NCBI GenBank assembly: GCA_005884195.1
Contig: VBBP01000057.1
Location: 17,241-81,240, forward strand
Reading direction: 5' to 3'
Length of the DNA: 64,000 nt
Source: Candidatus Bathyarchaeota archaeon
Lineage (GTDB): Archaea; Thermoproteota; Bathyarchaeia; 40CM-2-53-6
A program made the translations under genes and the position numbers. The notes below the pieces were generated by a model. It saw nothing but the letters and a program-made list of their open reading frames with translations, was not told the DNA's origin and made no database searches. This document shows, in pieces, positions 56,584 through 64,000 of this stretch (position 1 is its first letter; every line of letters starts with the position of its first letter).

Positions 56584-57504
56584 ATGGGTCGGTTCAGCAT
56601 CGGTGCAGGCGGATGGGACTACTTTTCTGTCCCGAGCGGCGACCGCCTGAAAGCCTACTCGGCCGCGTACAATTTCGTAGAAGTCAACAGCACATACTAC
56701 CGAATACCGAGTCAGGTGGCAGTATCGAGTTGGCGCCGGAGAACCCCGCCTGGGTTCGAGTTCTCTGTCAGATGTCACAAGGATATCGCGGAACTTCACA
56801 GGCTAGAATTGACATCGAAGAACGTTCGCCTGGTTGACTCGATCGAGAAGATCTGCAGACAACTTAGAGCAAGCGTTCTGACAGTCCTGATTCCGAGAGA
56901 GCTTGTGGGGGATGAAGAGCTATCCTCCAAACTCAAAGCGTTTCTTTCGACCGTAAGCCTCGGCAGGACCAGTATCGTGGTCGAGTTTCGGGGTGGAGAG
57001 CCAACAGATGACACGTTGAAGACTCTACAGGACCACGATGCCGTACACAGTGTTGACATCTCAAGACAGTACCCCAACGAAAAGTCGAGCATTCTCTACA
57101 GCAGGCTGTTCGGCAAGGGAAAACAGAACATATACGAGTTTGACGACAACGAGCTCCAAGATATCGCCGCCAAAGCCTCCGGTCCAAAATTTGAGAAAAG
57201 CATCCTAGCATTTCATGGAGTTAGAATGTACAGAGACGCTGCCCGCCTGAAGACTTTCTTGAACTCTGGAAAGTTCCCTTCGCTAACCGAGCAAACCGGG
57301 CTCGAATCACTAAGCGAGGTCTTGAGCGAAGATGCGACGTTCCCGACCAGCAAGTCTCGACTCGTTGAGGAACAAGGATGGAAGCTCTTTGACATGACTG
57401 CCGAAGAACGAGTCAGGGCTCGTGTATTCCTTGAGAAACTTCCAGAGAAAACCTATACGACCATCGAAGAGGTTCTATCATCAATTAGGGAAACGTCTCT
57501 CTAA
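56584..57504 (+). CDS. DUF72 family protein (second paralog) with C-terminal extension
   Basis: MGRFSIGAGGWDYFSVP..NSTYYRIPS..PPGFEFSVRCHKDI. Track GTG start 56554; ATG 56584 chosen. Confidence 0.7.
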   Translation: MGRFSIGAGGWDYFSVPSGDRLKAYSAAYNFVEVNSTYYRIPSQVAVSSWRRRTPPGFEFSVRCHKDIAELHRLELTSKNVRLVDSIEKICRQLRASVLTVLIPRELVGDEELSSKLKAFLSTVSLGRTSIVVEFRGGEPTDDTLKTLQDHDAVHSVDISRQYPNEKSSILYSRLFGKGKQNIYEFDDNELQDIAAKASGPKFEKSILAFHGVRMYRDAARLKTFLNSGKFPSLTEQTGLESLSEVLSEDATFPTSKSRLVEEQGWKLFDMTAEERVRARVFLEKLPEKTYTTIEEVLSSIRETSL

Positions 57505-57646
57505 CCGCTTCCTTGAGGATAGACTCGGCATCGAAGCGCGAGATGTGAACAGGAGTTCCATAGCGTGAGAACTAAGGCAGAAAAAAGGCGGGACGGTCAG
57601 GCAGTTCTAGTTTAGAGTTGATGTGCCACGTTTTCTTTCCATCACG

Positions 57647-58414
57647 CTAAGCTATCGCGACCGGTTGGACCTGTAGTAGCTCCTTTGCCAGTACACGGTA
57701 TTGTTCCGATGCAGGGTTTCTTGGCCTGTACAGTATCCCTGGTAGACCTTTGCTTGGAGCTTCTGCCATTCGTACGGATCTGGGGATTACGGATTTCAGA
57801 ACGCGTTCGCCAAAGTTGTTGTTTACTTGTTGCATGACTCGGCGTGATAGTGCTGTCCTTCGGTCGTACATTGTCAGTATGATTCGGTAGTCGAAGGCTG
57901 CCTTCAGCCGGGATCTGACGAGGTCCATGACTTTGAGAAGTGTTGGTAGTCCTTCCATGGGATAGAACTCGCATTGGACTGGGATGAGGACTAGGTCGGA
58001 CGACACGAGCGCGTTGAGTGAGAGCAGTCCGATGTTAGGTGGGCAGTCGATTACAATTTGTTCGAACCGGTCTTTGATAGAACCGATGGATTCTCTGAGT
58101 ACGTATTCTCTACCGGGTGTGGATGACAGTTCGACTTCTGCACCGGCGAGGTCCAGATTGCTCGGCAGTAGCGAGAGTTTCTCGATGCGGGTGTTTAGAA
58201 TTACTTCTTCTGCCTTCCGCGATTGAGAGAGAACGTTGTACACGGTTGAAGAAAGCGTTGCTTTCTCGAAGCCTAATCCGGTGGTGGCGTTTCCCTGAGG
58301 GTCCAGGTCCACGATGAGTGTCTTTTTGCCTTCAATTGCGGTTGCGGTTGCGAGGTTTACTGCGGTTGTGGTCTTTCCTGTCCCGCCCTTGTTGTTTAGT
58401 ACGCTAACAATCAT
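57647..58414 (-). CDS. ParA/MinD-family ATPase
   Basis: MIVSVLNNKGGTGKTTTAVNLA deviant Walker A, DLDPQGN. T-tract terminator on both strands at 57590-57632. Confidence 0.85.
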   Translation of the reverse strand: MIVSVLNNKGGTGKTTTAVNLATATAIEGKKTLIVDLDPQGNATTGLGFEKATLSSTVYNVLSQSRKAEEVILNTRIEKLSLLPSNLDLAGAEVELSSTPGREYVLRESIGSIKDRFEQIVIDCPPNIGLLSLNALVSSDLVLIPVQCEFYPMEGLPTLLKVMDLVRSRLKAAFDYRIILTMYDRRTALSRRVMQQVNNNFGERVLKSVIPRSVRMAEAPSKGLPGILYRPRNPASEQYRVLAKELLQVQPVAIA

Positions 58415-58658
58415 TGTTAGGTAGTGCTATTCTGTATGAATACTAAGAGATTGATTCGCAGAAAACAGCTAATGGGGACAGGCTACGGATTCGATATCCT
58501 CAGAATTCCATGCTGTGGACGCAAGAACGGGCAAGGTTCCAAGTCTTCTCATATAAGGAACCAAAGGGTCCCCGCTTATATGGCGAGACTCGAACGATTC
58601 GTTTCGTTAACAAACACTTCATCGAACTTGCTAATCTATTCGTAGATGGTCCAATAGG

Positions 58659-59402
58659 ATGAGCAAGGAGATGATCATGAACTCGGACTCAATCGCCGGG
58701 ACCTCACCCTCCGGAAAGAAGCGACTTCTGTCTCTGAATAGGGAGGTTGTCGGATGTCGGGTCTGTCCTAGGCTGGTCAATTACCGAGAGGTTGTGGCCA
58801 AGGTCAAGAAGAAGCAATTTCTCAACTGGAACTATTGGGGCAGACCTGTCCCGGGTTTCGGAGATATCATGGCTCCGATTCTGGTGGTCGGATTAGCTCC
58901 AGCACCTCACGGCGGGAATCGGACTGGAAGAGTGTTCACGGGAGATAGGAGCGCTGACTTCTTTGTGAAGGCGTTGTTTGAAGCTCGATATGCAAACCAG
59001 CCCAGATCGATCGACGCGGACGATGGACTAGAATTGCATGGAGTTTACATGACAGCAGCGATAAAATGTGTCCCTCCCGACAATAAGCCCACGAGCGAGG
59101 AAATCTCAAACTGCGCTCACTTCCTGAAATCGGAGTTGGAGATATGCAATCGGTCCAGAGTGATTCTATGTCTGGGCCAGCTTGCCTACCGTTCAACGAT
59201 GAATTTATTGAAGCGGGACAATTTCTTCTCGCACAAGATTCCGAAGTTTGAACACGGCCTCGAAATTGTCCTGTCAGATGGCCGCAAGGTCTTCGCGTCG
59301 TACCATCCAAGCCCTAGGAATACCCAGACAGGGAAACTAACCATGAATATGTTTAGCTCTCTCCTCCAGAGGATAACCAGAGGTCTAGGACAAACCTCTT
59401 AG
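58659..59402 (+). CDS. udg: family-4 uracil-DNA glycosylase (Fe-S type)
   Basis: CRVCPRL.., ..LVVGLAPAPHGGNRTGRVFTGDRSADFF.., C-terminal HPSPRN. Confidence 0.8.
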   Translation: MSKEMIMNSDSIAGTSPSGKKRLLSLNREVVGCRVCPRLVNYREVVAKVKKKQFLNWNYWGRPVPGFGDIMAPILVVGLAPAPHGGNRTGRVFTGDRSADFFVKALFEARYANQPRSIDADDGLELHGVYMTAAIKCVPPDNKPTSEEISNCAHFLKSELEICNRSRVILCLGQLAYRSTMNLLKRDNFFSHKIPKFEHGLEIVLSDGRKVFASYHPSPRNTQTGKLTMNMFSSLLQRITRGLGQTS

Positions 59403-59451
59403 TTTTCACCGCCGAATATTGCCGCCTCGTGAATCTAAGTTGGTTTCGGAT

Positions 59452-60705
59452 CTATTTCGATAGTCGAGGTCGTTCTATCTGAACGTCGCGTGACAGGTAT
59501 TGTTTAGTCTTCGATTCTGCTTGGATTAACAGTTCCTCGAAGTGCCTGTTCAATGTCTTGATCTTGTCCTCCGCCAAGTGAAGCCTCTCGGTGGCTTGAA
59601 GCTCGTTCTTTTTTCCCTCTTCGATTTTTTTGAGAACGATTTTTCTTTCGAGATATAGATTCTTGCAGTTTGGATCGTGTAGGAGTCTCTGTCGTTGCCC
59701 GAGGAGGCTTCGGCCTTTGCTCTGTTTCTCGGCGAGATGCTCAGTGGTTGTTAGCTGGTCAAGCTGAACTACGACTCTCGTTGTCTTTCTATGGCTGAGC
59801 CCCATCTTGCCTGAGGCTAAGGCGCTCTTCAGGTTTGTCAGAATCGGGGTGAGGTAGGGTCCCGAGTTTCGGGAAAGGAAGCTCCTATATGGGGATTGAA
59901 TATATTCGCCTAATGCGTCTCTCTCCTCAGTTCTAATGGCGATTTCGCCTCGCTGGGAGAGGTCCCTGAGTTTTCGGAGGGGTCTTCGGAGATGGGTCAG
60001 CGTATCTGTTCTGAATTCTCTGCTCTCCTTCCGGAGTTCTTTCTCGATTTCCAGGACTTGTTTGAGGGCATCGTTTGATGTGATCTTCTCCATCTCGCTT
60101 GACAACTCTTTCACCACGGACGAGAGTGCTTCACGGGTTCTTTCAAGTTCTACAGTCTCCTTCTTCTTCTCGTCCAATTCCAATCGGGTTTGATGGATCG
60201 TCTCTACGATGCCGGTGAGGGTCTTGGCTCGTTGAAGATTTTCTCCATCTCCCTCGAGGAACTGTGATATTTTTTCTCCGACTTTCGCAATTCTCTCGAC
60301 TATTCCCGAGAATGACAGCATGTCTAGAAGATAGAGTCCGTGGATTTCTCTCTGGGTATTGGTTCTGCTCTCTCTAAGAGAACGAGCTGTGTTGGAGAGG
60401 TTGTCTCGAAGAACCTTGTAGGGATCCCAGCTAACTTCTTGGGGTATTTGGATCTTTTCTATGCTTGAGATAGCGTCGCGAGCCACTCTTCCCACGACTC
60501 TTGCGGCTCGATAAGAGATAGGGTCTTTCTTGGTCGCAAGGTTCCCGTCGGCCTTGCGAGAGAGTTCCTCGAAGAAGCTTCGGGCCTCATCAAGTGCACG
60601 GCGCGCGTCGTCGGAAAGTTTCCCCGCCTTACTCCTCGTAGGGCGCAGTGCTTTCTCGAGTTCTTGATCCAACCAGTTGTCGTATTCTTCTATGCGGATT
60701 TTCAA
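59452..60705 (-). CDS. cytoplasmic all-alpha coiled-coil protein
   Basis: 417 aa rich in E/K/R/L heptads. TTG start. 26 nt downstream of the TM protein below. Confidence 0.5.
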   Translation of the reverse strand: MKIRIEEYDNWLDQELEKALRPTRSKAGKLSDDARRALDEARSFFEELSRKADGNLATKKDPISYRAARVVGRVARDAISSIEKIQIPQEVSWDPYKVLRDNLSNTARSLRESRTNTQREIHGLYLLDMLSFSGIVERIAKVGEKISQFLEGDGENLQRAKTLTGIVETIHQTRLELDEKKKETVELERTREALSSVVKELSSEMEKITSNDALKQVLEIEKELRKESREFRTDTLTHLRRPLRKLRDLSQRGEIAIRTEERDALGEYIQSPYRSFLSRNSGPYLTPILTNLKSALASGKMGLSHRKTTRVVVQLDQLTTTEHLAEKQSKGRSLLGQRQRLLHDPNCKNLYLERKIVLKKIEEGKKNELQATERLHLAEDKIKTLNRHFEELLIQAESKTKQYLSRDVQIERPRLSK

Positions 60706-60730
60706 TTATCGGGGGACCAGGGGAGGATTC

Positions 60731-62437
60731 TTACCTAGTCTCCTCTCTCAGATTAATGACTATGGTGTCCATTGTCTGCTGAGCTTTCTCTTTCCTCTTA
60801 GCGAGGTCTGATATCAAAGACTCGTACAGTTCTCTAGCTATTCTTGCGCTCCTGTATTGGTTCCTGAGGTCTGCAGATGTGGTTCGGACTACTTGGATGT
60901 CGGCCTCGGCTCGTTCGAGTCTTTTGATCATGTCTTGGTAGCGGGGGTTCGCCTTTGATAATTGGTCTTTGACCGGTGCCAGTGTTCTTTCTAGCTCGGC
61001 AATTCTCAAGTCGACAACGCGTCTTCTTCTCTTGAACTCATGACGGTTAAGCGCTCCTCTCGCAAGGTCCTCGTCCATTTTTTCCGCTTCTAGTCGCATG
61101 GCCGATTTTTCATCGTACAATTCCACGAACCGTCCGATGAGTTCGAACGGAGCGCCTGAGAGTGTTACTCCTGCAGTGCTGGTTGCGCCGACAGCTAGGA
61201 CAATGGCGGCGATTGATCCCACAGCGAGTCCGGCCCATCCGAGGGCTGAGAGACTTGCCCAGAATGGGTCGAGCTGATAGTCCATCGTAAACGATAGGTT
61301 GGACATTGGCGTAACCGTTGATGTCTGCACGAGGATCTGGTTACCAGATGTGATGAAGGCTTGGCCGCTGAAAGAGTCTAGACGGAACCCCATCGGGGTG
61401 ACTATTTTCGTCTGCAGCGTTGGTTCGAAGAACTTGACGTTGTCGAACAAGCGGAAGCTAAGTTCAAATCGCCCCAAGCCTTTGGATGACAAGTAGGACT
61501 GGCTCGGAAGTGCGTACGTAATCGTAACCGAAGACTCAGCTCCGGTCCTTACCGTTCCGAACCTCGGAATGAATGTCACTGTATTTGTCCCGTCTGTCGC
61601 GGTTGCTGCGGTAAGGGTGTTAACTACTCCTATGATGTCGCGGGCTGTGGCTGTCTGAACGTTCTTCGGAAGAGGTAGAGTGAGACTCGACAGGTCATGA
61701 CCCCTGTTTGTCATGTTGTAAGAGTCTGTGACTTGTATTGAGCCAGTTTGTGCAAGCGTGATGGTTCGATTTGCTGTGACGTCAAAAATAGTTTGGGTTG
61801 TGCCGGATGATGAGAAGGTCATTGTCGCCACCGTCGTGTTGTAGGGCTTGAGCGTAGTTGTTTGGGCCGTGAATGTGGCGCTTGCGAACGTCCCGTTCAC
61901 GGAGGATACCTTCGGAGACGGCCAGTCGCTGGTTTTCACGGAGAGTTGCGCGCTAGTAACGGTGTAAGTTCCGTCGGTGAGAGGGAAAGGTTCGAAGGCA
62001 AAAGTGAAGTTGCTTGATGTCGAGTTGAAGTTCAGTAGGTCTGAGTATACGCTTGTAAGGTTGAAGCCGTAGCCTCCGGTCTTAGGGGAAGGGAACGCGA
62101 TCTCAATTGCGGAATAGTTACCCCCGGAGGGTAGGCTCAGCAGGCTCGGGGGGGAAATTCGCAGCTGGTTTGATTGCGAATCCATAGCCTCCGTGAATCG
62201 AAGCTTGCTGCTCAGAGCAGAGGGTATGCCTAGAGCGATTTGGGACACGGGCGATGATCCCAAGGTCAGTGTGAACTGATCACTGACAAAGGTCACGCCC
62301 CAGTTGTTTGTCGTTATGGATCTGTTGACGATGGCGGTGCAGCTGCTCGAGGTGCAATTTGTCTGAGCCGTGGCGAAGCTAGGAAGCTGTGTTGTCAATA
62401 TTGCCAATAGCAGAAGCGAGAGTACGAGTGCCTTCAT
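60731..62437 (-). CDS. single-pass surface protein: signal peptide, S/T/N-rich ectodomain, TM helix, cytoplasmic coiled-coil tail
   Basis: MKALVLSLLLLAILTTQLPSFATAQT. Many N-x-S/T sequons. TM WAGLAVGSIAAIVLAVGATS. ~130-aa helical tail. Confidence 0.55.
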   Translation of the reverse strand: MKALVLSLLLLAILTTQLPSFATAQTNCTSSSCTAIVNRSITTNNWGVTFVSDQFTLTLGSSPVSQIALGIPSALSSKLRFTEAMDSQSNQLRISPPSLLSLPSGGNYSAIEIAFPSPKTGGYGFNLTSVYSDLLNFNSTSSNFTFAFEPFPLTDGTYTVTSAQLSVKTSDWPSPKVSSVNGTFASATFTAQTTTLKPYNTTVATMTFSSSGTTQTIFDVTANRTITLAQTGSIQVTDSYNMTNRGHDLSSLTLPLPKNVQTATARDIIGVVNTLTAATATDGTNTVTFIPRFGTVRTGAESSVTITYALPSQSYLSSKGLGRFELSFRLFDNVKFFEPTLQTKIVTPMGFRLDSFSGQAFITSGNQILVQTSTVTPMSNLSFTMDYQLDPFWASLSALGWAGLAVGSIAAIVLAVGATSTAGVTLSGAPFELIGRFVELYDEKSAMRLEAEKMDEDLARGALNRHEFKRRRRVVDLRIAELERTLAPVKDQLSKANPRYQDMIKRLERAEADIQVVRTTSADLRNQYRSARIARELYESLISDLAKRKEKAQQTMDTIVINLREETR

Positions 62438-62540
62438 TTGCAGAAACCATTGTGCACCGTGGGACTTTGACTAGTCTCGGAAAAGACTCCCTACTTATTT
62501 ATTCCCATACAAGCACGAAACACGACGCCAAGGTATCGTT

Positions 62541-63611
62541 ATGCGAAGTATTCTGGTCACCGGTGCTGGGGGTAGCGCGGGTAACAATGTTTGTTGGAGT
62601 TTGAGGGTCAGTAGAGATGGCAAGAAAGTCTCCCTCGATGGAACAGATGTAGACAGGACTAGTATCGAACTTAATGGATGGATCGACAGGGCCTACCAGC
62701 TTCCCCCAGCCAACAGCCCGCGATACTTGCTGCGCCTTAACCAAGTTATCAAGAAAGACAGGGTTGAGATGGTCTTTCCTCAGCCAGACTCGGAAGTGGG
62801 CCGGTTGTCGAGAGACAGGGACGAAGTTCGCGCTACTTTGTTCCTGCCTGATCGTGAAGCGGTAAGGATCTGCCAGGACAAGTACGAGGCCTTGTCGAGA
62901 TGGTTCAAGAAAGGACTCAGGAGAGAGCCGATCGTGCTCTCGCCTAACAGCCGAATCACAAGGCAACTGGTTAGGAGTCTCGCGTTTCCCTGTTGGGTGA
63001 GAGCGAGGCAGGGAGCCGGGGGGAGCCTGAGTTGCTTGGCAAAAAGCTGGCAAAGTGTCGAGTACTGGATTGGCTACCACTGGGCGGAGGGTTTGAAGAC
63101 GGATTTTATCGTGGAAGAGTATCTTCCGAATCGCGATTTCTGTTTCATGTCCATCTGGGTCGAGGGGAAGCTTGTGACCTCTATCGTTCGTGAGCGTCTG
63201 AGCTGGGTGGGACCCCGGATCGTGGGTTCGGGCGGCACCTCCAAGCTAAATCGGATTGTTCATTCAAACAAGGTAAACACGGCAGCTCTGAATGCGATTA
63301 AGGCCGTTTCCGAGAAACCTCACGGCATCTTCTGTGTCGATCTAAAAGGAGATGCGAGAGGGGTCCCGCGTCCGACTGAGATCAACTGCAGATTCACAAC
63401 CAACGTTCACTATCTAACCTTGGCCTCTCTGAAACTAGGTCATCCTGAATGGAATTTTCCGTGGTTGGCTGCAAGACTGTGTCTCGGCGAGAAGATCCCG
63501 TCTACCAAGACCTTGAACGCCTTGCCCGCGAATCTGTGGTTCACCAAGAATACTGATATGGGCTTCACAATGGTGGAAGACGAGAAATGGCGCGCGAGAG
63601 ACTACTCCTAA
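62541..63611 (+). CDS. ATP-grasp family ligase
   Basis: ILVTGAGGSAGNNV pre-ATP-grasp domain followed by an ATP-grasp-like core (..EEYLPNRDFCFMSIWVEGKLV..). Confidence 0.55.
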   Translation: MRSILVTGAGGSAGNNVCWSLRVSRDGKKVSLDGTDVDRTSIELNGWIDRAYQLPPANSPRYLLRLNQVIKKDRVEMVFPQPDSEVGRLSRDRDEVRATLFLPDREAVRICQDKYEALSRWFKKGLRREPIVLSPNSRITRQLVRSLAFPCWVRARQGAGGSLSCLAKSWQSVEYWIGYHWAEGLKTDFIVEEYLPNRDFCFMSIWVEGKLVTSIVRERLSWVGPRIVGSGGTSKLNRIVHSNKVNTAALNAIKAVSEKPHGIFCVDLKGDARGVPRPTEINCRFTTNVHYLTLASLKLGHPEWNFPWLAARLCLGEKIPSTKTLNALPANLWFTKNTDMGFTMVEDEKWRARDYS

Positions 63612-63874
63612 ACAGGCTCTGAAGTACCTTCTCTTTTCCTGTAGAAGTACAGTCGGACTTGGCGGTCCCAAATGAAGAGCCAAGATATAGACAAGGCTAG
63701 CGCTATCATGGCTTTTACGGCCGCGTCAAAATACCGGCCGAGACCTGGATCTGCTGGTATGCGAAGTGGGGCTACCAGTAGGGCTAGGATTCCGAATCCG
63801 ATGATCATTAGGCCCCACTGGGTTACGAAGACGATGAGTTGAAGTCCTACGGCTCGTCGGTTCAGTCTCTTCAC
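63608..63874 (-). CDS. small membrane protein
   Basis: 88 aa, two hydrophobic helices. Confidence 0.3.
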   Translation of the reverse strand: MKRLNRRAVGLQLIVFVTQWGLMIIGFGILALLVAPLRIPADPGLGRYFDAAVKAMIALALSISWLFIWDRQVRLYFYRKREGTSEPV

Positions 63875-64000
63875 CCTGTCAGAATCATCGTGATCAACGC
63901 TAGCGCTCCTGAAATGAGGAAAAGGGCAAAGATCGTGGAGACGACGTCAGACTCTTTAGCCGGTCGACCAACGATCAGAGTCCTCACAAGGGTCAACGGC

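Overview
The window reads as a gene-dense archaeal chromosomal segment. Archaeal/eukaryote-type information-processing genes include FEN-1, ATP-dependent DNA ligase, short-form XPF, TFB next to Gar1, an aEF-2 split by an intein, Cgi121 and a family-4 UDG. The short-form XPF, the gar1-tfb pairing and a tRNA with two introns point to a TACK-like lineage; sampled GC is about 50-58%. Most ORF-track starts are GTG/TTG, so 5' ends are approximate. No rRNA and no CRISPR array were seen. Metabolic and housekeeping genes include acs (truncated at the window start), dph6, an MtaD-like amidohydrolase, a ribA/RibD-like/PTPS-like cluster, trxB, two DUF72 paralogs, rhodaneses, a PRTase, asparaginase and a Sua5/YrdC homologue. 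Items flagged for follow-up: (1) a translationally coupled operon of a half-length, hinge-less SMC-like ATPase with ScpA-like and ScpB-like partners; (2) a 539-aa LAGLIDADG intein in the P-loop of aEF-2; (3) tRNA-Gly(CCC) with two introns, whose 3' end is duplicated 2.7 kb away, bracketing a small island carrying a GC-rich bacterial-type Gfo/Idh/MocA oxidoreductase; (4) an inverted, internally deleted pseudo-copy of that oxidoreductase fused to the 3' end of an ABC permease ORF; (5) a GcvH-like/TusA-like fusion with no canonical start codon, convergent with a rhodanese; (6) an MBL hydrolase and a tandem rhodanese in one frame separated only by a TAG; (7) an array of nine ~13-bp T(G)GAAAC repeats plus a GC hairpin downstream of tfb; (8) an acidic WG-repeat micro-ORF in front of a NosDFY-like export cluster that contains an apparently frameshifted surface protein; (9) a divergent TGT/DpdA-like protein with a CxCxxC...H zinc motif; (10) split HUH/Rep-like ORFs.
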